DNA of 64,000 bases, from IMG/VR virus record IMGVR_UViG_2061766007_000171, one strand, 5' to 3'. Below the pieces are notes generated by a model. It was not told where the DNA came from. It did no database searches and saw only the letters and a list, made by a program, of their open reading frames with translations. A program made the translations under genes and the position numbers. The DNA is from an uncultured virus (IMG/VR IMGVR_UViG_2061766007_000171). Taxonomy: Duplodnaviria; Heunggongvirae; Uroviricota; Caudoviricetes. Below are positions 1 through 10,217 of the stretch, piece by piece. Position 1 is the first letter of the stretch. Each line of letters starts with the position of its first letter.

Positions 1-28
1 TGATGAACGATACGACATACGAGGCGAA

Positions 29-367
29 GTGAACATGGGTGCATCATTCTGTGGATACGTTCCTAAGGAACAGCCTGTCTCGATGGCGTATTCTGCTGTT
101 GATAGATATAAGAAATACTTGATAAAGATGCGCGATAGTAAAGTCTTCGCTGACAAGAGAGTGCTGTGGGGCATCAAGGCATTCATCAGACATTCAGACT
201 GTGAGGGTGACTTCAGCACCGAGGACTGTGAGTACATCAGCATCGCTCTTAAAGAACTGCTAACATCTGACATTATTGAATACCCAACAGATGCTGCAAA
301 GCTTATTGATCTGTATTCTCTATTCAAGCAGATGTCAGCCATGGATGGAATCGTGATGATATACTGA
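29..367 (+). CDS. hypothetical protein
   Basis: 112-aa ORF; its 3' end is repeated after the N gap (379-496). Confidence 0.6.
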   Translation: MNMGASFCGYVPKEQPVSMAYSAVDRYKKYLIKMRDSKVFADKRVLWGIKAFIRHSDCEGDFSTEDCEYISIALKELLTSDIIEYPTDAAKLIDLYSLFKQMSAMDGIVMIY

Positions 368-497
368 GNNNNNNNNNNCAAAGAACTACTAACATCTAAC
401 ATTATTGAAAACCCGACAGATGCTGCGAAGCTTATAGATCTGTATGTTCTATTCAAGCAGATGTCAGCCATGGATGGAATCGTGATGATATACTGAG

Positions 498-728
498 GTG
501 AAAGATATGAGACGTTGTGCAATATGTCATGACCCGCTGATACCCGGCATGTGCGTTGAACGTACAGGCAGGCCGAAGGTCACTGTGTGTTTCAAATGCA
601 TAGGTATCAGAGTCACAGAGGACGGACGCGTATACTACGATCCGGAGAAAGACAGAACGAAAGGCAGGTGGGATAAGTGGAAGGAGTCTGCCCAACAAAC
701 GACTGCGGATGCACAGAACCATTCGTGA
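498..728 (+). CDS. small zinc-finger protein
   Basis: CAIC...CFKC pairs; directly follows the upstream stop. Confidence 0.55.
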   Translation: MKDMRRCAICHDPLIPGMCVERTGRPKVTVCFKCIGIRVTEDGRVYYDPEKDRTKGRWDKWKESAQQTTADAQNHS

Positions 729-904
729 CCTCGCACGGCAATGGTCTGTATACTGTCGGCTGCAGTAAGTGCGGAGGCTGGGTATCCACATTCATCAATC
801 ACAGCGATGATGCCTACCTTCATGCCATAAATATATGGATGGAAGTCACCAAGGAGATGTCACCTAAGGATGAAAGAACATCTCGTATCCAGGAGGATGA
901 ATAG
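677..904 (+). CDS. small Zn-ribbon protein, weakly Lar-like
   Basis: CPTNDCG...VGCSKCG...AINIW pattern. Confidence 0.5.
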   Translation: MEGVCPTNDCGCTEPFVTSHGNGLYTVGCSKCGGWVSTFINHSDDAYLHAINIWMEVTKEMSPKDERTSRIQEDE

Positions 905-950
905 AACAAAACAACAAAAATAAAATAAAACAAAACAAAAACAAACAAAA
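905..950 (-). terminator. oligo-T rich terminator region of the head operon (between convergent genes)
   Basis: About 45 nt of A runs on + (T runs on -), downstream of the last head gene and of a hairpin at about 990-1022. Confidence 0.5.
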
Positions 951-1033
951 CTATCTAGATAAAACGTCTTCGCTTTTTTATAAATAAGGTGGACTGTGTG
1001 GCCAATCAGCCATCACAAGTCCGTTGAAATTGT

Positions 1034-1636
1034 TTAGAGCTGTGTCAGTACGAAGACATCGATGCCGTCAAGCTCACCGCTCGCCTCGTCTGCTCCGTTG
1101 AAGAGTTTGATCTTCTGAACAGGCTTGGTTCCTGATGTGTCCTTGTAGACATATCCGGTGTACTTGGGTGCATTGACTGCCAGAACTGCAATGACATTGT
1201 AGGGGGTAGTGAATCCGCCGCTCTGATAGGAGAACTCCTTGAGAGCAATCTTCTTCACGGGGAACCATCCGGCCATGATGATGTCTTCTGCAACTGCCTT
1301 GTTCGCTCCTGCTGCAACCGTGACAGTGACCAGATAATCAGTCTTTGTCGTTGCAGTCGTAGAGTCCTGAACACTGTATGTGACGGGTGATCCGAAATTG
1401 TTGGTGGTCGTACCAGAGGTCTGCGTGGTTGTGCTGACCTTGACAACGGCCGTTGTCGAATCTCCCTTGTCAACAGTGAATGTCGCAACCAGTGCGGATG
1501 TGGACGTGCCGTGAGGAACGGTAACAGCGATAGGGTATTTGCCCTCGGATGCTGTAGTACCGATCGTACCGGCATAGTTTGTGCCATCGATGGTGATTGC
1601 GAATGCTGTGAACTTCGGGGGTACAGGGTCTGCCAT
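1034..1636 (-). CDS. Ig-like, Thr-rich virion protein; probable capsid decoration protein
   Basis: Directly downstream of MCP; GAGGTGA SD before ATG 1636; beta-rich VTVPHGT...LVATFT...NNFGSPVTYSV pattern. Confidence 0.6.
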   Translation of the reverse strand: MADPVPPKFTAFAITIDGTNYAGTIGTTASEGKYPIAVTVPHGTSTSALVATFTVDKGDSTTAVVKVSTTTQTSGTTTNNFGSPVTYSVQDSTTATTKTDYLVTVTVAAGANKAVAEDIIMAGWFPVKKIALKEFSYQSGGFTTPYNVIAVLAVNAPKYTGYVYKDTSGTKPVQKIKLFNGADEASGELDGIDVFVLTQL

Positions 1637-1658
1637 GTTTTTCACCTCAGAAATAAGA

Positions 1659-1674
1659 AGGGGATTGCTCCCCT
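1659..1674 (-). terminator. hairpin AGGGGA-GCAA-TCCCCT downstream of MCP
   Basis: 6-bp stem with GNRA loop on the coding strand, followed by T-rich sequence. Confidence 0.45.
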
Positions 1675-1688
1675 ATTTGTTTCTGTTA

Positions 1689-3022
1689 TCACTCCGCGTC
1701 AGCGATGTTGGTCATACGTCCAGAGGTGATGTACTTGTCAGCTCTGACCTCTGCACGCATGTTCATGACGTGGTGCTCTTTGAGATCCCTCATGATTGCA
1801 GGGTTCTCGATGCTCCATACTTCCATCGGTGAAGTGACGCAAAGCCATGCGTGCTTTCCATCAATCAGGAATCCGTCACCGTACTTGACTGAGGAGATGG
1901 TCTTCGATGTGTAGTCGAAGGATGCATTTCCTGACATGACGATGGGGATGTTGTTGTAGGAGTTGAGGAGCATTCCGACATCTCTTCCCTCGACAGTCTT
2001 GATTCCGCCCATGGAGAGTGAGGTGTAGACTGAGTTGAGGTAGATGTTGTTTGCCTTACAGAGCATGTTCAGCTTGTTCCAGAGCAGAGGTGACAGGATC
2101 CAGAACTTGTTGTCTGTCTCTCCGCCCCAGTTCTGCATACACTGAGTGAACAGCATATCGAAACTGCCGAGTGTGGGGATTCCTCCGTTGAGGTCGACGA
2201 CCTGTGCATCGTAGTTGGATCTGCTTGCAGGTGCTGTGGTGGCGTCTGCTGCACATCTCCTTCCTGCGAGGCCGGAAGATGAGTATGAACCGGTGTCATC
2301 CCAGGTTGTTCCCCAAGGCAGGATGTAGTTGGCTGTAATGGTCGTGGAACCATATGTCTTTCCAAGCTCCTGTGAGGATGAGAAGATCCTGGCGAGACCG
2401 TTGAGCGATGTCTCTCTGCTGTTGAGCGTAGGCTGTGCAACGGTGAGAGGCCTCATGAGTGTCTTGTCCATCAGGTCTGCGTAGTTGGTGGAGATCATGT
2501 CGATGTACTGTTTGTACGCCGATGTGTCATCCTTTCCCTCGAGAGCCTTCAGTCCGAGACCGTAGTTGTATGAGAAGGGAAGTTCCTTGTAGGGAACACG
2601 GATCTCATCGACAGGCATCTGAACAGAGTCCTGGATGTATCCGTCCTGGTTAGTTCCTGCACCGAGACCGAGGAAGGCATTGTCAAGGGATGAATCGAAG
2701 ATTCTGACTCCTCCCTTGTAGAAGTCCTTACCCTGTCCGTATGCTGCGAACTCGGGGGCAAGCCTCATACCCTCATGGTCGTATGCTCTCTTTCCGAGAG
2801 CTGCTGTGATCGCTTTCGAGCTGAACATTGCTGCAGTGATGTCCAGACCGTACTTGGGGTTGAACATTCCGAAGCTGTTCGGGTCTCCGTATCCGGGTGC
2901 TNNNNNNNNNNAGCGTAGCCTCCGTCGTAGAAGTCATTGATCAGCTGTGAGCATCCTTCAGGAGTAGGGTCGTAGGTGGTGAAGAGTTTATCACCGCTTT
3001 TGTAGAACTGTCCTGTGGTCAT
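1689..3022 (-). CDS. major capsid protein (HK97-fold expected), interrupted by scaffold gap 2902-2911
   Basis: Follows protease and scaffold; MTTGQFYKS...GGYA-[gap]-APGYGDPNSFGMFNPKYG joins ORFs 2765..3022 and 1689..2867; the C-terminal GRMTNI is typical of MCP ends. Confidence 0.75.
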
Positions 3023-3073
3023 GCTGTAACACCTTGACTGATTGATTTAACTATCCGTGGGTTTTTAAAGCAT

Positions 3074-3094
3074 TTGGGGGATTTGCTCCCCCAA
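3074..3094 (-). terminator. hairpin TTGGGGGA-GCAAA-TCCCCCAA between scaffold and MCP
   Basis: Perfect 8-bp stem, similar to the 1659-1674 hairpin. Confidence 0.45.
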
Positions 3095-3100
3095 GGCGCT

Positions 3101-4849
3101 TCAACCTTTCATTCTTCCTGCCATCAGTTCATCGATGGATTTCAGCTTCGCTTTCATGTCTCCAGGTGTCACGTATGCTTTTCCAGCATCCGCGGCTCTG
3201 GGAACATCGGGGACATCAGTTGATTTCTTGATGTCCGTGCCGCCTGTCTCTGTGAGGGTGGGGATGTGCTTTCCTCCCTCGGCAGGCTGCTCGGACTTCT
3301 TGATCTCTTCCGACTTGTAGATCTGATCCAGATCGATACCTGCAGACTTCATGAATGCATTGGTCATCTCACCGCCGACCTTGGTATCAAGGCCTCTGAT
3401 GATGACGTCCAGTGCGTCCATGTTGTCCTCTTCTACACCTCTGACACCGATGGACTTCATGAACTTGCATGCTGACAGGACTTCGCCGGCTTTCATACCG
3501 GTGACATCACCGTAGGTGTGCAGGCTCTTGTTGAGTTTCTCAAGTGCCTTGGCATTCTGCACCGATTTCGAGAACTGATACTTCTTTCCGTCGATACCGA
3601 TCATCGTGCTCTCACGCTGCATGATGAGATCGTCGATCGATGCTGATCTTTTGAGGGGTGTGCAGTTGGTGAAGGGGATCGATTCCTTGCCCTGCTCATT
3701 GATGAACACATTGGCATCATCAGCAGGCGTTTCAGTGACATCTTTGACCATGTCAACGACCTCGCCGAAGGTCATATTGAGGAGATCGGAAACTGCGACC
3801 TGAAGATCTCCACCTTCTGCCTCGGGGGTCTCCTCCGTGACCTCCTCTGAGATCTCGACAGATTCCTCGGGTGCTTTCTCGGTGGCATCAGCATCCTCAT
3901 CCTTGGACTCGGGTGCTTCATCCTTCTCTTCCTTCTCGTCATCCTTCTTCTCCTCATCAGATTCTTTGAATTCCTCTGACTTGCCGTCACAAGACTCATT
4001 GAATGCTCCAGAGCCTTCGGTAGGGCCAGGCTCACTGCCTGCTGCTACGTCGGTCGCGCCTGTTGCACTCTTGACATCGCCTTTCGGTGCCTCATCGGGC
4101 AGCGGTGACTCGGATTTGACCTCTGTTCCGCTGTCTCCGGGGACATCATTCGTTTTAGCAGCATCCTGACTGGCCTGAACATTATCAGAAACGGGCTGTT
4201 CGGTCGCTGATCTTGTCAGCTCTTCGAACTGGGTGTCTGAGACCTCTGTGATGGGGGCCTCATCAGGTACACCAGGCAGGACCTCTGCCTCTCCGACGCT
4301 GTCTCCGCCGCCGGTGTATTCGACGATCATCTGTGCAAGATCTGAGATGACCTTTGCATCAGTCGCTTTGGCGATGGCTTCCTGGAGTGCGGCAAGTGTT
4401 GCATCCTGCTGCTCTCCTGCTGCCTCTCCTGCGCCTTCTGCTTCATCCTTCTTACCTGTTCCGAAGAGCATGTCGAGATCCTCGTCTGTCATCTTCGGAA
4501 CTCCTCCGACCTCGTCCTGAGGCTGGGTCGGGGGCATCATATCTGTACCCGTTTCACCGGGTGCTCCTGTCTCATCAACCATCTGGTCAACTCCTTCTTC
4601 CATTTCCCCTCCAGAGCCTGCGGCCTCTTCAGGTGCAGCCTCTGCGCCAGGGGCGGGTGCTTCAGGTGCCGGCTGAGCCTCATTCTGCTCCGCCGACATC
4701 TTGTCGATCTTCTGCATCATACCTTCGACATCGCCTGTCAGTTTATTCAGCTGTGACTGAATGACATCGATGCTTCCGAGAGCAGAGGACTTCTTGAACT
4801 GTTCGTCGCGTGCTGCTTCGAACCTCTCCCAAGCTTCATCCTCGTTCAT
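3101..4849 (-). CDS. acidic low-complexity scaffolding protein (putative)
   Basis: 582 aa, E/D/A/P-rich with an N-terminal coiled coil; lies between protease and MCP; many hydrophobic-x-K-S motifs. Confidence 0.6.
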   Translation of the reverse strand: MNEDEAWERFEAARDEQFKKSSALGSIDVIQSQLNKLTGDVEGMMQKIDKMSAEQNEAQPAPEAPAPGAEAAPEEAAGSGGEMEEGVDQMVDETGAPGETGTDMMPPTQPQDEVGGVPKMTDEDLDMLFGTGKKDEAEGAGEAAGEQQDATLAALQEAIAKATDAKVISDLAQMIVEYTGGGDSVGEAEVLPGVPDEAPITEVSDTQFEELTRSATEQPVSDNVQASQDAAKTNDVPGDSGTEVKSESPLPDEAPKGDVKSATGATDVAAGSEPGPTEGSGAFNESCDGKSEEFKESDEEKKDDEKEEKDEAPESKDEDADATEKAPEESVEISEEVTEETPEAEGGDLQVAVSDLLNMTFGEVVDMVKDVTETPADDANVFINEQGKESIPFTNCTPLKRSASIDDLIMQRESTMIGIDGKKYQFSKSVQNAKALEKLNKSLHTYGDVTGMKAGEVLSACKFMKSIGVRGVEEDNMDALDVIIRGLDTKVGGEMTNAFMKSAGIDLDQIYKSEEIKKSEQPAEGGKHIPTLTETGGTDIKKSTDVPDVPRAADAGKAYVTPGDMKAKLKSIDELMAGRMKG

Positions 4850-4874
4850 GGTATCACTTCTCTATTTTCTCCTG

Positions 4875-4883
4875 AGTATAAAA
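4875..4883 (-). promoter_or_regulatory. TATA-like box TTTTATACT
   Basis: 26 nt upstream of the scaffold ATG; identical 9-mer at 15987-15995 and 60663-60671. Confidence 0.55.
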
Positions 4884-4888
4884 AGCGT

Positions 4889-5917
4889 TCATGATTTGGT
4901 GAATTTGAATACGCCGTCCTTTTCCTCGACGATTTCGGACTTATAGTACTCTTTGAACCTATCTTCAGGCATACTCTTGGTGAATGCCCCGTCATCATCG
5001 CAATACCCTGCCTTGTGGCACTCTCTGAAGGCCTTTTCTATGTAATGTGCACGGTCATTCACTATCGCCTCGCCCATTGAATACCTGGCCACGAGACCGT
5101 TTGCCTTCATGATGGGGTAATTGCGGTAGAAGGTCAGGGGGGCGGTTGTCATATGGACGCCGTCCTCGCGCGCGTGCACATTTTCGAAACCGGCATCCAA
5201 AAGGGATCTCTTAAGGGAAAGGTAAGGGCACGATGTTTCATCCCTGTGGATCTCGTATTGCACTAATCCGAGGTTCATTGCTGCGGATGCGGATTTTGCA
5301 ATAGGTGCAGAGTCATTATACCATTGGAGAGTACAATATGTGTTCATAGGATTGGATGTGATGGATACTTCCATCAGCTGATCCACCATGCGCCTGGTAT
5401 AGCACCCGCGCTCATCACATTCATACTTACCTTTGGCTGCATTACCGGCAATGGAAAGGGAATTCATACCATCGACGAAGGCCTTACGTGTGTTATTATA
5501 GACATCGCCTTTGGTATTTCCTCCGAAAAGATTGCCCCACACCTCGACAGCATCCACCTTCCTAGGCCCGACCATGATCTGACACGGTTTCCAATCCCAG
5601 ATAGTACCAACGGTATAGTTATGATGATCATTCTGGATATTGCCGCCACGATCGATCAGAGCATCCATGTGCTCTTTGACCGTATCCAGATCGATGATGT
5701 CTCTGGCCTTGTCGATCGTGTCCGTGGATGCTATCGCCTTGAATGAGAATGACGACGGGGCATTCTCGACGGCGTGCCATGCTATCTTCTTTGCATTTCT
5801 TACATCCACGTCATTCCTGGGTGCGCATTTATTGTATGCTGTCATCCATTTCATGCAGTCTTCTTCATTGAGAGACCCCAGTACCTGTGTCGGTAATTCA
5901 AAAATAGACTGGTACAT
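4889..5917 (-). CDS. prohead protease (XkdF/HK97-like) with N-terminal ChaB-like domain
   Basis: IASTDTIDKARDII...IQNDH...SLSIAG...LMEVSITSNPMN protease motifs; N-terminus YQSIFELP..V...L......WMTAYN...AKKIAWHAV matches the ChaB pattern. Confidence 0.75.
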   Translation of the reverse strand: MYQSIFELPTQVLGSLNEEDCMKWMTAYNKCAPRNDVDVRNAKKIAWHAVENAPSSFSFKAIASTDTIDKARDIIDLDTVKEHMDALIDRGGNIQNDHHNYTVGTIWDWKPCQIMVGPRKVDAVEVWGNLFGGNTKGDVYNNTRKAFVDGMNSLSIAGNAAKGKYECDERGCYTRRMVDQLMEVSITSNPMNTYCTLQWYNDSAPIAKSASAAMNLGLVQYEIHRDETSCPYLSLKRSLLDAGFENVHAREDGVHMTTAPLTFYRNYPIMKANGLVARYSMGEAIVNDRAHYIEKAFRECHKAGYCDDDGAFTKSMPEDRFKEYYKSEIVEEKDGVFKFTKS

Positions 5918-6344
5918 TCTCACTCACCTTGTAGTATCTGTTCCTTGAACCGTATTTGGTCATTACCACACACGGCATCATGTAAAGTATGTATGCGATG
6001 TTCCTGACAGAGAACGGAGTCCCTACTGCCAGGTCATCCAATGTCATCGTCCCCGCGATGGAGATCGAATCGACGACCTTACGAACATCTTCCTGTTTGC
6101 ACCTATAGAATGCTGCAAGCAGTCTTATCGCTTCATCCGTCGCTTCATCCAATGAACAGTCCATACGGTAATATATGTCCCTCTCATCCAATTCGGACTT
6201 GACATATTTGAGTCCCATTTTCGAGACTCTTGATGCTAATTGTCTTCTGCTCATTCCCGTAGAATAACATAGGTTATTCAGGGAGATCCACTCCCCTCTA
6301 TGGTCTACAAGGCTCTTCCATACATCCATTTCGCCCTTCTTCAT
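5898..6344 (-). CDS. putative tandem winged-HTH DNA-binding protein
   Basis: WISLNNLCYSTGMSRRQLASRV and MTLDDLAVGTPFSVRNIAYIL; ATGA overlap with the upstream gene gives start 6344. Confidence 0.5.
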   Translation of the reverse strand: MKKGEMDVWKSLVDHRGEWISLNNLCYSTGMSRRQLASRVSKMGLKYVKSELDERDIYYRMDCSLDEATDEAIRLLAAFYRCKQEDVRKVVDSISIAGTMTLDDLAVGTPFSVRNIAYILYMMPCVVMTKYGSRNRYYKVSENVPVYF

Positions 6345-7006
6345 GGTTGGCCTCCTCCTATTCCGGTTATCTTTTTCCCATGCCTGTCCAGGCTTGGGTC
6401 TTGCCAAATGTAATCTTCGATCTCCTTAAGGTCAGCAGGCGGTTCGGCCTCACTCGTCTCTGTAGCCTTCACGACCTGGATGCTTTTCATCAGATCACCC
6501 GTTGCGACCGCTTTATGCGCAGCCAAGTATCTGATCATATTCGCCTTCATCTCTCTGGCGATGTTCTCACTGGTGTTCTTCCCCTCTATCATATACCTGT
6601 CTGGATGTACTGCTAGGTCTTCGATGACATCATTCCTTGCGGGGCGGATGAACGGACGCGGTTTCATACCTTTATCCATCAATTCATGATAGATGGTGTC
6701 ACCACGTTTCTTTCTCATTTCAGGGGTGAGTCCTAATTTCTGTTGTGCCCAATCCCTTATCCTCAGATTCGTTTCAGTGACCATGTCGCCACAGATATCA
6801 TCGGGTACCTTGGGGGTGATGTTTCCTTTTCCAGGATCATAAGGGTCAGAACCGAACTCGACGTATTGCGCATATGGGCAATCGATCTCTACGACATACT
6901 CTTGCTCTTTATCAAGTCCAAGTATCTTCTCAAGATCAGACTTGACGTTAGCCAACACCTCTGGATTCTTATGGAAATCATTGATGTTGACTTCGATAAT
7001 GCTCAT
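6341..7006 (-). CDS. HK97 gp10-like virion morphogenesis protein
   Basis: YAQYVEFG...GMKPRPFIRPA and TGDLMKSI motifs. Confidence 0.65.
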   Translation of the reverse strand: MSIIEVNINDFHKNPEVLANVKSDLEKILGLDKEQEYVVEIDCPYAQYVEFGSDPYDPGKGNITPKVPDDICGDMVTETNLRIRDWAQQKLGLTPEMRKKRGDTIYHELMDKGMKPRPFIRPARNDVIEDLAVHPDRYMIEGKNTSENIAREMKANMIRYLAAHKAVATGDLMKSIQVVKATETSEAEPPADLKEIEDYIWQDPSLDRHGKKITGIGGGQP

Positions 7007-8760
7007 AGTGCCTCTCTCATCGATTGTTCCACTTCATCTTTAGATGCGTTGAGTTCAGGATCCTCACGTCTGGCACTTCCCTGTTCCGGCGGGCCTTCTC
7101 CATCACCGGGCAGTATTCCGCCAAGCATAGCCTCAAGGCCTTGCGCACCCCCGGCCTGCTGCTGCTGTTCCGCCTCCTCCTGCTGCTTGCGCTGCATCTG
7201 ATCCACAGGCATCTCTGAGTAACGGAATTCACCGTCGACCAACTCGACATCGAAGCCCATCTGCTTCATCTGCTGAGCTTCCTGGATCTTGTCCAGCCTC
7301 TTCTTGGCATCAGCCATTGCTTTAGTAGGTCTGTCAAGCTTGAGTACACAGTCCTTGATCTGAGGGAACCAGCTCTGTATCCATGCACAAAGCCTGTCGA
7401 TGTAAGCCATCTTACCCATCAGATAACGATCGTAGACTGTGATCTGCTGGCTCTCATTGTTCATACCGCCTGACTGCTCAACGTCTCCTGCGAACAGATT
7501 GGGCACACCGATGTGTGCGCACAGTCTGTCACGGATATCGTTCTTCACAGACAAAGCATCCTGTGAATTCTCTGTACCGAGGTCGAGGGTCTGAGCCCTC
7601 ATCTCTGCAACACCTGATAACTGCGGAGGCGTGCAGACGATCGGGATACTGTTATCATTGGTGGCCAGCACATCGGTGATACCTTTGGTGATCTCTTCGA
7701 CAGCATCATCTCCGAAGCCGGGGAGGACGAGGATCTTACGGACGTAACCGAACTTGTACTTCTTGAGGAAGTGCTTCTCAAGGTAGTGGAAGGTCTGAAG
7801 GTCATCATCGATATCGAACCAGATCGGAATACCGTATGTCAGTGATGTCCTGAACCAGTGATCCTGATAGATCTCCTCCATCGTGTAATACCATGACTGA
7901 CCGGCAGCACCGAGATTCTCTCCGACCTTGTAGGAAGCGGGATAGAGTGCAAGACCTTTGTCTGTGACGGTCTTAAGCTCATCCACATCGTCGATGATAT
8001 CATAGGCGGTGTGTCTGTTCTCCATGGTGAATGCCTTAGTACGACCGGGGGTACCGGAATCGTCGAACAGGATCTGAACCTTGGTGGGGTCGAGTGAAAG
8101 GAATTCGATAGGGTATTTGTTGTCATTGCCCTCTGGGTCTTTAGTCAGCAGACCGGTCTGCGTATCGTATTTGTCTCCGGCTACACACAGCAGATAGGCC
8201 TGATTGCACAGATACTGCATCTCCGCATAGGATTTGATCACGTCCCTCAATGACTGCCCGGAGTTGTTCGCCTCGTCCAAGAATGATTTGCCGTTGGGCC
8301 TGATGAAATACCTGTCTGGCTCTGTCATATCCGGTCTTCTGAAGTCCTTCTCTCCGCAGACAGGACACTTGTCAACCATGGTCTTCGCTTCATACCCGCA
8401 ATTCAGACACTTCTTGGCAAATTTGGGTTCCCATTTCAGATCATAACGAGTAAGTTCATCGACTGAACGGGACACGATTGTAGACAGCACCGACACTTCC
8501 TGACGATATTGGAACATTCTAGCGTACATGAACCACCAGTTATTCTCCATTGTAACACGGAATGTTATATCGGTGGGTCTATCTGTATTGCCTACGGCAA
8601 ATCTATTCGGCTTGCCATCTTCTGAATCTTTTCCAAGAAGCATGTCTGTGTTGACGTTTGTATCCCCAAGAAGTCTTGAAACGGGATCTTTTGGCAGTTC
8701 AACAGATCTGACAAAACCTGAAGAACTGCTGATTCTTTGCGGAGGTGTGCGGACGGGCAT
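7003..8760 (-). CDS. portal protein with inserted zinc ribbon
   Basis: 585 aa directly downstream of TerL; LSLDPTKV, YGIP and LCAHIGVPNLFAG...NNESQQI portal-like motifs; CLNC/CPVC insert. Confidence 0.75.
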   Translation of the reverse strand: MPVRTPPQRISSSSGFVRSVELPKDPVSRLLGDTNVNTDMLLGKDSEDGKPNRFAVGNTDRPTDITFRVTMENNWWFMYARMFQYRQEVSVLSTIVSRSVDELTRYDLKWEPKFAKKCLNCGYEAKTMVDKCPVCGEKDFRRPDMTEPDRYFIRPNGKSFLDEANNSGQSLRDVIKSYAEMQYLCNQAYLLCVAGDKYDTQTGLLTKDPEGNDNKYPIEFLSLDPTKVQILFDDSGTPGRTKAFTMENRHTAYDIIDDVDELKTVTDKGLALYPASYKVGENLGAAGQSWYYTMEEIYQDHWFRTSLTYGIPIWFDIDDDLQTFHYLEKHFLKKYKFGYVRKILVLPGFGDDAVEEITKGITDVLATNDNSIPIVCTPPQLSGVAEMRAQTLDLGTENSQDALSVKNDIRDRLCAHIGVPNLFAGDVEQSGGMNNESQQITVYDRYLMGKMAYIDRLCAWIQSWFPQIKDCVLKLDRPTKAMADAKKRLDKIQEAQQMKQMGFDVELVDGEFRYSEMPVDQMQRKQQEEAEQQQQAGGAQGLEAMLGGILPGDGEGPPEQGSARREDPELNASKDEVEQSMREAL

Positions 8761-8804
8761 GTATGATCGCTCCTTATAACATTATCGTTGTTTATTAATG
8801 CTTG

Positions 8805-10217
8805 TTACTCATGAGTGGCAAAGATGCGTCTTGTATGCAATGTGTGGTTGGTCGATGCGACCGACGGCCGTGGTGTAGGTTTGAATCCGTCTATACCCTT
8901 GGCCTCTGCTACGAACCCTCTTGCAAGTGAGAGGAAGGGTTCCATCGCATAACGCATGGCATCCATAGCGTGATCGAATTTCTTGATCGGCTTTCCGGTA
9001 TACTCACCTTGTTTATTGATCTCCCAACTATAGCATGACAGTTCGGTTATCACATTCTTACATCTGGGCAGCACGTGTATCCTATACATCTGGATACGCG
9101 AGATACCGTTGTTAATGGAATCACCTCCCTTTCTTGCCTGCTGAACATTCGGAACGGAATATCTGATGACCGTACCGTCCGGGTTCTGTTCAAGGAAACC
9201 GCCGCGAAGTTCTGTGATACTCTTCGGTTCTGCACAATCGGCGATGATCCTCTCATGGTCATATCCCATCTGTGTCAGACGTTTGGCAATGACGTTGTTC
9301 GTCATCCTCCTCTCATACATCTCATCATAGATCCAGATATCATATGATTTTGGATCTACCAGCATGGCAACGAATGCCGTATATGATGTTTCATAACCAA
9401 AATCGAGACCATATGCGAACCTGATATTCACACGATCTGAGATCTCGGCCACATCGAAGTCTTCGACCTCCCAATTATCATAGACAAGCCCTTCGATGAT
9501 TCCCCATTCCCCATCGCAAATAACAGGTGCCAACTTAGACCCGGATTCTTTCAGTTCTTCGTAATACCTACGATCATCATCGGTGAAATAGGGGTTATCA
9601 CGATATGTCGTGGTCATTGCCAATGTGTAAGGCGACTCTTTATCGAAGAACTTCTTCTTCAGCCAGTGCTGGTCAGACCAGGGGTTGAAGGTATACATGA
9701 ACCTCTTCCTTACGCCGGACTCGGGCGGAATGGCACGAATGGATGCCAGCAATATCTCGACATCCTCATAGTTGTCGATCTGCGTGGCCTCCTCGAACCA
9801 TATCCAACACAGATATCCATGTAAGACGTTGATCGATGCCAGCTTGATGGGGTCATCGAACCCTCTGAAGATGATCTCCTGGCCTGTAGGCTTGTATGTG
9901 AGATGGAGAGGTGAGCGGGTATGCTCCCACAGGTGGCTTACATGCAGTCTCTCGATCGCCCACAGCAGATCGACATAACATGACTGGGATAATGTCTCAT
10001 ATACCTGCCTGACTACCAGTGTATTCGCTTGTGCATTCTCTGGTTTCATCATCTCATAGATGATCCACAGACTAACGAATTTGGATTTACCGGATCCTTT
10101 GGAACCTTTGATGACGATGTTCCTTTTCTTAGAATACCACGGAAGCAGATATGCTTTGGATACCAACGTTGCGGGAGAGATCACAGGCTCTTCTTCAACG
10201 GTGGGGATTTTCGGCAT
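8805..10217 (-). CDS. terL: terminase large subunit (PBSX-like)
   Basis: Walker A GSKGSGKS, Walker B WIWFEEA, TFNP, nuclease motifs GLDFG, ADCAEP and DHAMDAMRYA. Confidence 0.95.
   Translation of the reverse strand: MPKIPTVEEEPVISPATLVSKAYLLPWYSKKRNIVIKGSKGSGKSKFVSLWIIYEMMKPENAQANTLVVRQVYETLSQSCYVDLLWAIERLHVSHLWEHTRSPLHLTYKPTGQEIIFRGFDDPIKLASINVLHGYLCWIWFEEATQIDNYEDVEILLASIRAIPPESGVRKRFMYTFNPWSDQHWLKKKFFDKESPYTLAMTTTYRDNPYFTDDDRRYYEELKESGSKLAPVICDGEWGIIEGLVYDNWEVEDFDVAEISDRVNIRFAYGLDFGYETSYTAFVAMLVDPKSYDIWIYDEMYERRMTNNVIAKRLTQMGYDHERIIADCAEPKSITELRGGFLEQNPDGTVIRYSVPNVQQARKGGDSINNGISRIQMYRIHVLPRCKNVITELSCYSWEINKQGEYTGKPIKKFDHAMDAMRYAMEPFLSLARGFVAEAKGIDGFKPTPRPSVASTNHTLHTRRIFATHE

Noticed and set aside
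250..497. 118-bp imperfect direct repeat as a DGR template/variable pair
   Set aside because: Mismatches are not confined to adenines in one copy, no reverse transcriptase is in the window, and the copies straddle a 10-N gap, so two strain alleles are more likely.
2765..3022. Separate ORF or programmed frameshift at the MCP 5' end
   Set aside because: The frame change coincides with the arbitrary 10-N gap at 2902-2911.
8805..10217. Intein or intron in TerL or the helicases
   Set aside because: Lengths are normal and no C...HN-[CST] splice motifs or homing endonuclease were seen.
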